Shown: in pieces, positions 38,572 to 48,909 of the stretch
How the letters are laid out: the number at the start of each line of letters is the position of its first letter
Numbering within the stretch: the first letter of the stretch is position 1
NCBI GenBank assembly: GCA_963845995.1
Contig: CAWJUO010000028.1
Span: 46,405-110,404 of the forward strand
Length of the DNA: 64,000 nucleotides
Source of the DNA: an uncultured Acidobacteriaceae bacterium
GTDB lineage: Bacteria; Acidobacteriota; Terriglobia; Bryobacterales; Bryobacteraceae
Direction: 5' to 3'
Translations under genes and position numbers: made by a program
Notes under the pieces: model-generated
Told to the model about the DNA's origin: nothing
Database searches by the model: none
What the model saw: the letters and a program-made list of their open reading frames with translations, nothing else

Positions 38572-39303
38572 CTAGTGTGGCCCCGCTCCAGGGAGTGCAT
38601 TGCAGGATTTGAACTGGTAGTCCGAGTATTCAATGACGATATCGGCTTCCCCCGCCAACTTAACGTCAGTCACGGACCGGTTGTAAGATGGCATCCAAAA
38701 GCCCTGGTATTTCGCAAAATCCTGCTCCACTTCCGGACGGCTTAACCAGAATGAAATGCCTTTCGAAAGCTTGCCGCGGATGCGGACGACAGCGTAATCG
38801 GTGGCGTCGATCCAAACTTCACCGTCAACCAGAAGTTTGCTCGATCTTCTCGGATCGATTTTGAAGTGGTAGGTAGAGCGGCCCCGCAGCAGTTCCTGCC
38901 CCAGGAAGGTGAACTTGTAATTGGCCTCGTCGATGATGCCGTTTTCCCCGCGTTCACCCTTCACCTTCGGTTCCGCGCCGACTACGTCGAGCATGGCGCG
39001 CCGGATGAAACCGCTCGCGTGTTCGGAAGAAATCACTTTGAGCGTCTTGCCGCTATTTTTGTCGTAAGTCAGAAGTACCGTCACTTCGGCATCGTGCGCC
39101 AGATGTTTGTTGTGAAGCGTGTATCGCCGCTGCACTGAATAGCCGCACAACTCCGCGCTTTGACGGTCAGTCGCCTGTTGCAGTTTCTTGATGATCGTTT
39201 CGGCGTCTACTTCGCCGTTTTGGCTGGGCAGGGCTTGAACGGGCGCCGAAATAGCCAATGCTGTCAGGGCGGTGGATGCAAGAAAGATGTGGAGAGCCAA
39301 CAT
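38572..39303 (-). CDS. LolA-fold outer-membrane lipoprotein-sorting-like secreted protein
   Basis: Signal peptide 'ALHIFLASTALTALAISAPVQA'. 'GRSTYHFKIDPRRSSKLLVDGEVWIDATDYAVVRIRGKL...FWMPS' is typical of the LolA-like/DUF1571-type family. Confidence 0.6.
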   Translation of the reverse strand: MLALHIFLASTALTALAISAPVQALPSQNGEVDAETIIKKLQQATDRQSAELCGYSVQRRYTLHNKHLAHDAEVTVLLTYDKNSGKTLKVISSEHASGFIRRAMLDVVGAEPKVKGERGENGIIDEANYKFTFLGQELLRGRSTYHFKIDPRRSSKLLVDGEVWIDATDYAVVRIRGKLSKGISFWLSRPEVEQDFAKYQGFWMPSYNRSVTDVKLAGEADIVIEYSDYQFKSCNALPGAGPH

Positions 39304-39353
39304 GAACGAGAGCGCAGAGCGCTAACAAGAGAATCGCATGTTGCGCAGACTTG

Positions 39354-40451
39354 TCAGGGTTTTCGATTCGCCGGAGCGGGCTGGGTGATGAAATTAGCGA
39401 TGTCCTTGGCAGCCTTGGTTTCGACGTCAGGCTTCTGAAGGAACCCTAGATCGCGGAACCAATCGATAAACCGGTATTGCCACGTGCCGTATGGTGTGTT
39501 GTTGCGGTCGGTCAACCCGCCGGTCATGTGGCTGCCATCGGGCAACGGGTCGCCGGGGTGCCGCCCATTGCCATAGATATGCATTTCGATGTTCGGTATG
39601 CCTGCCGCCAGCATCGCGCTGAAGTATTCGATGGCCCAGACCGCATGGACGCGGTCGCCCGATCCGCCGCAAACTACAAACGCGGGCGGAACATTGCGCG
39701 GAATAGGCGGGGGCGTCCGGTTCCGGGCGAACGGCGACGGGCCGGGATAGATAATGCCCGCAAAATCGGGACGCGAGCTGATTCCCGCCAGAGCGTCACT
39801 CGGATCCCCGTTCTTTTTATCGAAATCGTCAAACAAGACTGCCGCCGCAGCGGCCAGTTCAGCGCCCGCGGAAAATCCCATGATCCCGATCTTGTGCGGA
39901 TCGATGTTCCATTCTTTGGCATAGGCGCGCACTAACCGGATGGATTGCAGGGCATCGTTCACTTCGTCCGTTTGCGGATTGTAACCGTCGCGGCGCAAAC
40001 GGCTCCGCAGAATGACGGTGTTGACGCCGTAGTTGTAGAAGAAAGGAACGAAATCGGCGGCCTCACTGCCGACGTTGAGAGTGTTGTGGCCGCCTCCCGC
40101 TACCAGGATCACGGCAGCGCCGGTGTTAAGGCTGCGATCAACCGTGTGAACTTCGATAGAGGGGTTGTGAATATTGACAATGCTGTTGATGCGCCCTGGG
40201 ACCGATTGGCTCATGTTGTATTGTTCAGGCTCCCGAACGCGCTTTTGATTGAGAAAAGGCGAGCCGGGCGGATATAGCGGCACCACCACGCCCCCTTGCA
40301 AGATCGGCAGCGGAGCATAGGGAGCATCTGTGGCCGGGCCCGGTTTCGGAACGGCGAGAGGGGCGGGAAGCGGAGGCAGGGGGGCGCGGGTGTTTTGCGC
40401 ATTTACTATCGTGAGCGCCGACAAGAGCAGCGGGCCGAAAGTTGAACACAT
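39354..40451 (-). CDS. Secreted alpha/beta hydrolase (esterase/lipase-type)
   Basis: Signal peptide from ATG 40451 'MCSTFGPLLLSALTIVNA', nucleophile elbow 'GIMGFSAGAELAA' (GxSxG) and 'GGSGDRVH'. Confidence 0.75.
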   Translation of the reverse strand: MCSTFGPLLLSALTIVNAQNTRAPLPPLPAPLAVPKPGPATDAPYAPLPILQGGVVVPLYPPGSPFLNQKRVREPEQYNMSQSVPGRINSIVNIHNPSIEVHTVDRSLNTGAAVILVAGGGHNTLNVGSEAADFVPFFYNYGVNTVILRSRLRRDGYNPQTDEVNDALQSIRLVRAYAKEWNIDPHKIGIMGFSAGAELAAAAAVLFDDFDKKNGDPSDALAGISSRPDFAGIIYPGPSPFARNRTPPPIPRNVPPAFVVCGGSGDRVHAVWAIEYFSAMLAAGIPNIEMHIYGNGRHPGDPLPDGSHMTGGLTDRNNTPYGTWQYRFIDWFRDLGFLQKPDVETKAAKDIANFITQPAPANRKP

Positions 40452-40548
40452 TCTTTTTCCGGCTTTGCTTCCGGCCTTCAATCCAAAGATCACGGCTTTA
40501 TCATACATTCGACGGTTTGCCTGCCGCTTTCGGATCTAAGATGAAGGC

Positions 40549-41031
40549 ATGGATCTCGTAGTGAATGGTTCACGTCTGCGGGTGGATACGGACCCCGAGC
40601 GGCCGCTTCTTTGGGTGCTCCGGAATGAGTTGGATCTTACGGGCGCAAAGTACGGCTGCGGGGAAGGGCAGTGCGGCGCTTGCACGGTTCTGATTGGCGG
40701 AGTGGCTCACCGGTCCTGCGTCACGCCTGTGGGCACAGTGGCGGGCCAGGAGATTACGACCATTGAGGGCCTCGCCGATGGAGAGCGGCTGCATCCTTTG
40801 CAGCAGTCCTTTATAGAGTGCGATGCCATGCAGTGCGGCTATTGCACGCCGGGCATGATCCTGCAATCCGTGGCTTTGTTGCGAAGACATCCGATGCCTT
40901 CGGAGGCGGAGATCAAGCAGCAGATGGAAGGAAACATCTGCCGCTGCGGAGCTTACAACCGGATAGTGGCGGCAGTGCAACAAGCGGCGCATTCGATTGC
41001 CGCGGAGGCCAAGAATGAGCATCATGTTTGA
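40549..41031 (+). CDS. (2Fe-2S)-binding small subunit of an aldehyde-oxidase/xanthine-dehydrogenase-family enzyme (IorA-like)
   Basis: 'CGEGQCGACTVLIGG' and 'QCGYCTPGMI...NICRCGAY' are the two canonical 2Fe-2S motifs. Confidence 0.92.
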   Translation: MDLVVNGSRLRVDTDPERPLLWVLRNELDLTGAKYGCGEGQCGACTVLIGGVAHRSCVTPVGTVAGQEITTIEGLADGERLHPLQQSFIECDAMQCGYCTPGMILQSVALLRRHPMPSEAEIKQQMEGNICRCGAYNRIVAAVQQAAHSIAAEAKNEHHV

Positions 41032-43076
41032 GACGGACCGGCGCAGTTTCTTGCAATTGTTAGGCGGAGGGTTCCTGGTGCTCTTTTCGCTTAATGAGAC
41101 CGGCGCGGCGCAGGAATCGGGCCATGCTGGACGGCACGGCGATCACGAACTCCCGGAAGATGTCGCGGCGTGGCTGCATATTGCGCCCGATGGTACGGTC
41201 ACCGGATTCACAGGCAAAGTAGAATTCGGACAGAATATCCGCACTTCCCTAACGCAAGCTGTCGCCGATGAACTGCGGTGCGATCCCGGAACGGTAAAAC
41301 TGGTGATGGGCGATACGTCCTTAACGCCTTGGGACGCGGGAACGTTCGGCAGCCGGACGACACCGACGATGGCTCCAGAGCTTCGAAAGATGGCTTCGAG
41401 CGCGCGGGAATCTCTGGTTGACGAAGCTGCCAAAGATTGGAATGTCGATCGGACGCGGCTGGAGGTAGGCGGCGGTTGCGTAAGCGACAAAGCTTCCGGG
41501 AAGAAGGCGGGATTTGGTGAACTCGCCGCCAAAATAAATTGGGTAACCGTGATCGGCAAAACCGATTACGTAACTCCGGCTGTACGCTGGCAAGTGGCGG
41601 GAACCAGTTTGCCTAAGGTGAACGCGCGGGAGATCGTCAGCGGAAAACATAAATATACGTCCGACCACAAACTGCCTGGGATGCTTTACGGGCGGGTTCT
41701 GCGGCCACCCAGTTTCGGCGCGAAACTGATATCCGCGGATACGAGCGCGGCCGCAAAACTTCCGGGCGTAACCGTGGCGCGCGATGGCGATTTCATTGCA
41801 GTCGCGGCGACAGATGAACAAAAAGCCCAGAAGGCGCTGCTGAGTATAGAGGCGAAGTGGGAGCAGCAGAAGCAACTCTCGGCGAATGAACTGATCTCTT
41901 ATATCAGGGAAAACGCGAACGGCGAGGCGTTACAACCTGCCACCCCGGAAGAAGCCCATGCAGTGCAGAGCAGTTACACGGTTGCTTACATCGCCCACGT
42001 TCCGCTGGAGCCGCGCGCTACCGTTGCCGAGTTTCAGAACGGCAAACTGACGGTCTGGACCGGCACTCAACGGCCATTTGGAGTGCGGGGGGAACTGGCG
42101 AGCGCCCTGCAAATGCCAGAAGAACAGATACGAGTGCTGGTGCCCGATGCGGGCTCCGGTTACGGGGGTAAACACAGCGGCGAATGCGCGGTTGAGGCGG
42201 CGCGGATCGCGAAGATCGTCGGAAAACCTGTAAAGATCATCTGGACCCGTGAGGAAGAGTTTACGTGGGCGTACTTCCGCCCGGCCGGAATCATCGATGT
42301 TCGCGGTGCGGTTCGTCAGGACGGAACTCTGCAGAGTTGGGATTTCCACAACTATATGTCCGGTCCGTCGGGACGGGAAACGCCGTATGAAGTTCCGAAG
42401 AAGAATGAGCAATTCCACCCGGTAAAGTCTCTACTGCGGGATGGGTCGTACCGGGGTTTGGCCTCAACGGCGAACCACTTTGCGCGTGAGTCTCACATGG
42501 ATGAGTTGGCTTCGGCCGCAGGGATGGATCCACTTGCATTTCGACTGAAGAATCTGAAGAACGAGCGGTTAGTGGCAGTCTTGAAGGCGGCTACCGACCG
42601 TTTCGAGTGGCCGGCGCAAAAAGCTTCCGCTAACCGTGGCTTTGGGCTCGCCTGCGGCACTGAAAAAGGCGGCTACGTTGCGTGTTGTGTTGAGATTTCC
42701 GTCGGTTCCGGTAAGCAGTTGCGAGTGGAACGTGTCGTGCAAGCTTGGGAATGCGGCGCGATTGTGAATCCAGAGCATTTGAAAAATCAAGTGGAAGGGG
42801 CAATCGTGATGGGGCTCGGCGGAGCGCTTTTCGAAGCCATAGATTTCGCCAACGGACGCATTCTGAATCCGCGCCTCTCACAATACCGGGTACCCCGGTT
42901 CAGCGACGTGCCGAAGATTGAAACTAATCCTTATTGATCGAAAAGACATTCCGTCGGCGGGGGCTGGCGAGATACCGATTGTGGGAATTGCTCCGGCGAT
43001 AGCGAATGCGATCTTTAGTGCGACGAAGGTGCGTATCCGGTCGATGCCCATCCTGCCTTCGTTCCGGGAAGCTTAA
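41015..43076 (+). CDS. Molybdopterin-binding large subunit (IorB-like) with Tat signal, one frameshift near the 3' end
   Basis: 'DRRSFLQLLGGGFLV' Tat motif and an aldehyde oxidase/XDH family body. '...VPKIET' then, after an extra A at 42926-42927, 'ILIDRKDIPSAGAGEIPIVGIAPAIANAIFSATKVRIRSMPI' (typical C-terminus). Confidence 0.85.
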
Positions 43077-43084
43077 GATCATCA

Positions 43085-43122
43085 AAAAGCGCAAAGAGAA
43101 GGCGGTCAAGCCCTCTCTTTGC
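43085..43122 (-). terminator. Hairpin between convergent genes; with a U-tract on the minus strand (intrinsic terminator for the SDR gene)
   Basis: GCAAAGAGA (43091-43099) pairs with TCTCTTTGC (43114-43122) plus two extra G-C pairs. On the minus strand the stem is followed by TTTTT (43085-43089). Confidence 0.55.
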
Positions 43123-43141
43123 TTAGCTGCAGGGGAAGAGG

Positions 43142-43945
43142 TTATTTTTTGTTTGCCGAGCCCGGTTCGGCCATGCTGGCGTGTGCGGAAGCGACAAGAG
43201 GATCGGGCAGAGCGTATCCCGCCGCCGCTTGCAGTTTGTTCTTGAACGCGCCCGCGACGACGTGATCCTTGCCCGCCATCAGCGCTTCATAACCTTCCTT
43301 AGCCACTTCAGCGGGATCATCCTTTTCACTTGCTCCTAGTTTGGTGTCATCGGCACCGGCGCGATGGAAGAAGTTGGTTTCCGTTGCGCCCGGCATCAAC
43401 GCGGTGACGGAGACGCCAGTGTCCTTCAGTTCCTCGCGGAGACTTTGCGAAAGCGAGCGGACGAAGGCTTTGGTGGCGCCGTACACAGCCTCATACGGAG
43501 TCGGCATTGTGCCCGCGATTGAAGCTGTAAACAGGATGCGGCCGCTGCCCCGAGCCACCATCTGTTTGACGATGTACTTGGCGAGATGGAGAGTGGAGAC
43601 GACGTTCAACTCCACCATATTTATCTCTTCCGCGAGGTCCGTTTCAAGAAACCGGCCGCTAACTCCAACGCCTGCATTGATAGCAATCGCATCGACCGGG
43701 CGACCGCTTGACTGAATTGCCTCCTGAAGCTTGTGCACGCCTTCGTGACTGGCGAGATCTACTTGCGCGACCTGGACGTTTGCCCCCAACGCCTCGAATT
43801 CGCGAGCGGCAGTGTTTATCCCCTCGCCTTCCGAGGCCACCAGAAGATCGAAACCATTTTGTGCAAACTGCTTGGCCAGTTCGTAACCGATACCGCTAGA
43901 CGCGCCGGTTACCACGGCAAACTGTTTGGTAGAAGATGTAGCCAT
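43142..43945 (-). CDS. Short-chain dehydrogenase/reductase (SDR) family oxidoreductase
   Basis: From ATG 43945: 'FAVVTGASSGIGYELA' (TGxxxGIG) and 'YGATKAFVRS' (YxxxK). Confidence 0.9.
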   Translation of the reverse strand: MATSSTKQFAVVTGASSGIGYELAKQFAQNGFDLLVASEGEGINTAAREFEALGANVQVAQVDLASHEGVHKLQEAIQSSGRPVDAIAINAGVGVSGRFLETDLAEEINMVELNVVSTLHLAKYIVKQMVARGSGRILFTASIAGTMPTPYEAVYGATKAFVRSLSQSLREELKDTGVSVTALMPGATETNFFHRAGADDTKLGASEKDDPAEVAKEGYEALMAGKDHVVAGAFKNKLQAAAGYALPDPLVASAHASMAEPGSANKK

Positions 43946-44052
43946 GTGTTTTCCTCGCGAGTTAGACGCGGCGGCCCAGGAACCGCGCGGTAGGAGTTTT
44001 TCGGGGTGTCCGGAACGGCGCTCGTGACAAACTGAAGTGGATATCACTCCCC

Positions 44053-45276
44053 ATGCTGGCAACCAATTTGACAGAGGCGTTGAACGCACTGGTACCCGAC
44101 CGGGCGCTCTCGACACCCGCCGAACTGCAGCACCTGTACGTTGCGCGCCCTAGCAGCCCGCTGAAACGGCTGGAAATGCTCCTGCGCTCTTCTCAGGACC
44201 CGCAGAAAGTTCTCTTTACGGGGCACCGTGGGAGCGGAAAGACCACTGAACTTGCAAAACTGAGCTATAACCTTGGAAATCAGTTCTTCATCTTCAGATA
44301 CTCCGTTATCGACCGTTTGAACATTTACGACATCACCTACGTGGACGTGCTGCTGGCGCTCGGTTTGGAGATGTTCGACATCGCCGCAGCCCGCAAATTG
44401 CGATTGAGCGATGCGTTGTACGCGCAAATGCTGGCGTTTACCAGGGAAGTGAGCACGACTGTTACCACGGGGTCTCCTTTCGGCGGCGAAGTGGGCGGGG
44501 AAATCAACTTTGCCATCGCGAAACTGAACGCTAAGTTGAAGATCGAGGATCAGACGCGGAAAGAAGTTCGTGAAAAGGTCAGTCCCCGGCTATCCACTTT
44601 GCTCGAAACGGTCGATCAGGTCGCCAGAGCAATCGAGGCGGAAACAGGCAAGCGCATCTTGGCGATTGTCGAGGATCTGGACAAACTCGATCCGGCAACC
44701 GCAAAGCAACTGTTCTACGATCACGGCTCCTCGCTCGGCGCACCCAGGCTCTCGATCATCTACACCTTCCCCATCGCGTTGCGCCACGACAATAACTTCG
44801 TGCAGGTCCGGATGAGCTTTCCCACGACGTATGTTCTGCCGATATTCAAGACCCGTACCAGGGGCGGAGAAACCAACGAGGAAGCTATCCCGAGGTGCGA
44901 AGAGATCCTGACGCGGCGGGCCGAGGGGAAGCTGTTTGGACCGCTGGCAACGCGCACGCTCGCGGAGGCTTGCGGAGGGGTGCCGCGCCTTCTGATAGCG
45001 TACGCCCGGCAGGCTTGTTTAGAAGCAATGGTGGACGATAAGCCAATCATCGAGGTCAGCGCCGTAGAGGCCGCGCTTCGAAGTGCGCGGCGAGATTACG
45101 AAGTGCTCTTGAGTAGGAATCAGATTGCGGTACTCAAGAAAGTTCACAGGACCAAGCAAGTAGACAACGATGAAGAACATCGTGAACTGCTGCATAATCT
45201 GAGTTGCCTGGAGTACTGGAACGATGACGTTTGGTACGACGTTCATCCGGTTGTGCTGCCGCTGCTTGAGGCTTAA
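44053..45276 (+). CDS. P-loop NTPase (AAA/STAND-like ATPase), function unknown
   Basis: 'VLFTGHRGSGKTTELAKL' Walker A and 'RILAIVEDLDKLD' Walker B, with a helical C-terminal domain. Confidence 0.7.
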   Translation: MLATNLTEALNALVPDRALSTPAELQHLYVARPSSPLKRLEMLLRSSQDPQKVLFTGHRGSGKTTELAKLSYNLGNQFFIFRYSVIDRLNIYDITYVDVLLALGLEMFDIAAARKLRLSDALYAQMLAFTREVSTTVTTGSPFGGEVGGEINFAIAKLNAKLKIEDQTRKEVREKVSPRLSTLLETVDQVARAIEAETGKRILAIVEDLDKLDPATAKQLFYDHGSSLGAPRLSIIYTFPIALRHDNNFVQVRMSFPTTYVLPIFKTRTRGGETNEEAIPRCEEILTRRAEGKLFGPLATRTLAEACGGVPRLLIAYARQACLEAMVDDKPIIEVSAVEAALRSARRDYEVLLSRNQIAVLKKVHRTKQVDNDEEHRELLHNLSCLEYWNDDVWYDVHPVVLPLLEA

Positions 45277-46464
45277 TGGCCTCGCAAGTGGAAGCGAATT
45301 TCGGACGCGAGCTAAAGGCGCTTCGCGTGCTGATTGAACAGACCCGCGAAGGCCTACTTGCCTTCAGCTTGTATTCCGATACAGCTACACGTAAGGATGC
45401 TACGGTCTGGTTACAGAACCAAAGCACGGTGCCGGTAGAAGTTGTCCCGCTCTCAAAAGGGTCCACCGATCTGGCGGAAATCATCCGATCCGTTCCTCCC
45501 ATTCCACGCCGCTGTTTCGTTTTCCTCGACATTGAAGCTGGCTTTCCGAAAATGTTGGGCTATGTCAACTTTCACCGTGAGGTGTTGTTGCGACTCGGCC
45601 ATGCTCTCGTATTCTGGATTCGCGAGGAGGGTTTGCGCCGGCTGGCGGAAGGCGCGCCGGATTTCTGGGCCTGGAGTTCGCGCGTGTTCGACTTCCGGAT
45701 TGATCAGGATGTAGAACTCGGACCGGCCGGGCCGCACGATGCCACTATTGGCCACTACTCTTCAGCGCAGATTGCGGAGCAGGCGCAGGCTTTGGGAGAA
45801 TCCGGCGGGTCGGACTTCGTTTCGCAACTCGCATTAGGACGGCGCCAGCGTGTACTTGGGCGATTTGAGGAATCGGAGAATGCTTTTCAGCGAGCGATTG
45901 CAGAGGCGGAGCGGCAAGGCGATCAACGTGGCTTGGCGGAAGCGCTGTTGCTTCTCGGTAACAGCAAGCTCGCACAGGGGCGTCTGGACGAAGCCGGCCC
46001 ACTCTATCGGCGCAGCTTTGAAATCGCGACGGAACTCGGATCAAAAGAGCAGATTGTGAGGGCATTGGGGCAACTCAGTTTACTTGCACAAAAGGGCGAA
46101 GACCCGGATTCAGCTTATCAGGCTCGCGCTCAGGATGACAGACATTGCCCAAACCGTGGGCGACCCATCCTCTCTCGCAAGCGCCTACGACCTATTAGGA
46201 ACTGTTCTCTTCGCGAGAAAGGATTTTCGTGGAGCGGAGCAGGCCCTTCTCACAGCCGCGAAACACGAAGAGCAACTGAACCACCGTTCCGACCTGGCGT
46301 TCACCCTCGCAAGGCTAGGAAGGGTATATGAGGAAATGGGCGACGTATCGCAAGCGGAAACTGTCCTGAGGCGGGCCGCATTGCTGTTCCGGGAATACGG
46401 TCTCGAATCAGAAGAGGCGCAAGCGGCAGCCGTTCTGCAACGGATCGGAGCGCAGTATCCCTGA
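45276..46464 (+). CDS. TPR-repeat protein with a conserved non-TPR N-terminal domain, one frameshift
   Basis: The start overlaps the NTPase stop (TAATG). N-terminal domain '...CFVFLDIEAGFPKMLGYVNFHREVLLRLGHALVFWIREEGLRRLAEGAPDFWAWSSRVFDF'. TPR units 'AEALLLLGNSKLAQGRLDEA' continue in ORF 46084..46464. The shift is near 46095-46112. Confidence 0.65.
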
Positions 46465-46470
46465 ATCAAT

Positions 46471-47113
46471 TCAGTTTTCCTTGTCGCCTCCAGTAGAAGA
46501 CCGGTGTACTTGCCACATTGGGTATGGCAGGCCAGCCAGGCGATTGATTGCGAACGCCTGGACGGCTAGCAGCACGACTGCGATTTCGATAATCGGTAGA
46601 TATTCAGGCTTTGCGAGGATGCCCAGAGATACGATCATGGTGGTCGCTCCCGCAGGTGGATGGTTGACATGCAGCAGCACCATGACGGCTCCGGTCAACG
46701 AGAGAGCAAGGGCCGAGGCCAGGATGCGGGGCCAGTAGACTTCACCGGCGAAGCCCTGAGGAAACGCATGCATGCCCGTGACGCTATAGGCGAAAAATCC
46801 GCAGAGCAGCCCGATGGCATGACCATACACCGCGTTCCGTGGAGTTGAGGATTCCGCCAACGGCGTAAAGAAGAACAGATAAGCCGTCGGACCAAGTGAG
46901 GGAAAGACAAACGGGTTGTGCGTGACCAAGCGCGAGAGACGTCAGCAGCGCAATCGTTATAAAGCTGTTCAGAAAGACGTACACCGCCCAAACGATCTTC
47001 GGCGGGAGGTGTGCCAATAGCCAGTTGAGCCTGAGCCGGTCGATCAACGAAAGCACATGCCCGGCATGGCGATGATGGGGCGACGGGCTGGTGGGCGGCT
47101 GCGGTGAGTTCAT
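46471..47113 (-). CDS. HPP-family membrane protein, one frameshift
   Basis: 'KIVWAVYVFLNSFITIALLTSLAL' (ORF 46784..47113) continues as 'VTHNPFVFPSLGPTAYLFF...HPPAGATTMIV' (ORF 46471..46929). The shift is at CTTGGTC, about 46927-46931. Confidence 0.75.
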
Positions 47114-47122
47114 GACGAGAGG

Positions 47123-48790
47123 CTAAATATTCGGAAGCAGATCGAAGTACTCGTCGTCCTCATTGATCCCGCCTTCCCCTTCGCCGATGAGCTTCTCGGA
47201 TTCGACGAACTCGATCCGCTCGATCCACTTCACCATTTTGTAGCCAAGCTGATTTTCGACCCGAAGGCGGAGGGGCGCTCCGTAGACCAGTGACAGAGGC
47301 TCGCCGTTCATGGAGAGCGCGAGCAGGCACTCGGGTTTTAAGGCATTGTAGATCGTCTGCGTATCGTAGTAGAGATCCCCATAAAGGGAGCCGCCGAAGG
47401 AATAGAACGCGACCGTCTTGGCTGAAGGCAGCGGTCTGACATGCTCAATGAGCTTGCCCATGGAGACCCCGCCCCATTGAGCGATCCCGGACCATCCCTG
47501 GATGCAGTGATGCATGGTGATGTTCTCTTCTTCGCCAAGCGCGCGGAGATCGTCGAGAGAAAGCTCGACCGGATTCTCGACAAGCCCAGTCACCTTGAGC
47601 CGGAAATCCTTGAAATTGCCGGCTGCAAGCTGCTTCCAGTCTTCGCGAACCGGCAGCTTGCCGTTCGGCCAAAAATGGGGCGAGATGTCTTTGGCTGTGT
47701 AGGTTTCCCTTGGAATCAGCCGGTCGAGGGTGACTAGCATGACGGGCTGAGTGACTAGCTTTCGGACATGCTGAAGCGCTCGCGGGAAGAACCACGAGAT
47801 ATAGTGCGCGGCTATCCACGACCCCGCGACGATGGCGATCCCGATCAGGCCAAGGATCATGCCGCCGGGCGCAGTATCGTCAGTCCCCAGAACGATGTGG
47901 TTCATGTTCCGCTCAAAGCCGGTTAACGCGACGAGGGTCACGTGAACCACGATGAAGCCAACAAATCCCAGAAGATTCAGGAAGTGAAGAGACCGCGCCG
48001 ACTGTCTGCCGCCGAAGATTTTCGCATAGGCCGGGAAGCGATTCACCAATGCCGGCGACATCGCCATCCCCGTCAAAATTGCGAGCGGAGCCATGAAGAA
48101 AATGGTCGCAAAGTAAGCGAGCTGTTGAAGTGCGTTGTATCCATAGAAGCCGTTTGGCTCGGGAGGAAGATGGAAGTTCGCGTAAACAACGAACGTGTTC
48201 CATGCCTCCGCGAAGACGTGAGGCGAAGTAGGGACCAGCCGCTGCCATTGCGTGCTCGTCAGAAGTCCAATGACGAAGAAGACGCCCGTGAGTACGAATC
48301 CATATACCGTGATGAAGTGCCAGGACCGTGCAATCCCAACCGTGTGGCGATAGCCAGGGGTTGAAACTATGGGCGAGATGTAGCGGGCGTCGTCCTTCGC
48401 GGTCCAGAGGCGGTTTTGAGGGACTTGAAGCGGAGTGAAGCGCATCCACTCCGTCCCCGGCGTGCAGTGGTCATTCCAATAAAGCCGGGGGTGGTCCATC
48501 AGGATGGATAACCCACTCCGGATCAGCATAAAAAGGAAGAACAGGTTTGAGAAATGGCTCCATCGTATCCAGAAAGGAAAGCCATGCGGCCCGCTTGGGG
48601 TGCCTTCGGCCGAGGCAGTCGAAGGGCCGATGTGCGGGAGCCCTACAAGAGCATGCTGCAACCATGCGAGCACCAGCGGTCCGAAAACCAGAATCAGAAG
48701 CACAATCAAGGTGCGTCGATTGATCCAGATGCGGAAACGGCGGTCATCGGGAAAGTGGACGGCTCGATGTGCGGCGTCAAAGGGGATCAT
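47123..48790 (-). CDS. Fusion of a cytochrome b-type membrane domain and a sulfite-oxidase-family molybdopterin oxidoreductase domain (MsrQ/MsrP-like arrangement in one polypeptide)
   Basis: N-terminal ~330 aa polytopic region with conserved His-containing helices ('SWHFITVYGF', 'SLHFLNLLGFVGFIVVHV'). C-terminal 'NITMHHCIQGWSGIAQWGGVSM...GAPLRLRVENQLGYKMVKWI' (Mo-ligand Cys context). Confidence 0.75.
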   Translation of the reverse strand: MIPFDAAHRAVHFPDDRRFRIWINRRTLIVLLILVFGPLVLAWLQHALVGLPHIGPSTASAEGTPSGPHGFPFWIRWSHFSNLFFLFMLIRSGLSILMDHPRLYWNDHCTPGTEWMRFTPLQVPQNRLWTAKDDARYISPIVSTPGYRHTVGIARSWHFITVYGFVLTGVFFVIGLLTSTQWQRLVPTSPHVFAEAWNTFVVYANFHLPPEPNGFYGYNALQQLAYFATIFFMAPLAILTGMAMSPALVNRFPAYAKIFGGRQSARSLHFLNLLGFVGFIVVHVTLVALTGFERNMNHIVLGTDDTAPGGMILGLIGIAIVAGSWIAAHYISWFFPRALQHVRKLVTQPVMLVTLDRLIPRETYTAKDISPHFWPNGKLPVREDWKQLAAGNFKDFRLKVTGLVENPVELSLDDLRALGEEENITMHHCIQGWSGIAQWGGVSMGKLIEHVRPLPSAKTVAFYSFGGSLYGDLYYDTQTIYNALKPECLLALSMNGEPLSLVYGAPLRLRVENQLGYKMVKWIERIEFVESEKLIGEGEGGINEDDEYFDLLPNI

Positions 48791-48909
48791 CGGTCAACCT
48801 CCCGAAGAGAGATGTAGTCTCAGTACATCTTATATAAAGGCCGGAATCGAACGTCTTACCGAGCTATTATGGCGGAGTAGGGACTCGCTTTTGATGTCGC
48901 CTCGCCTCT

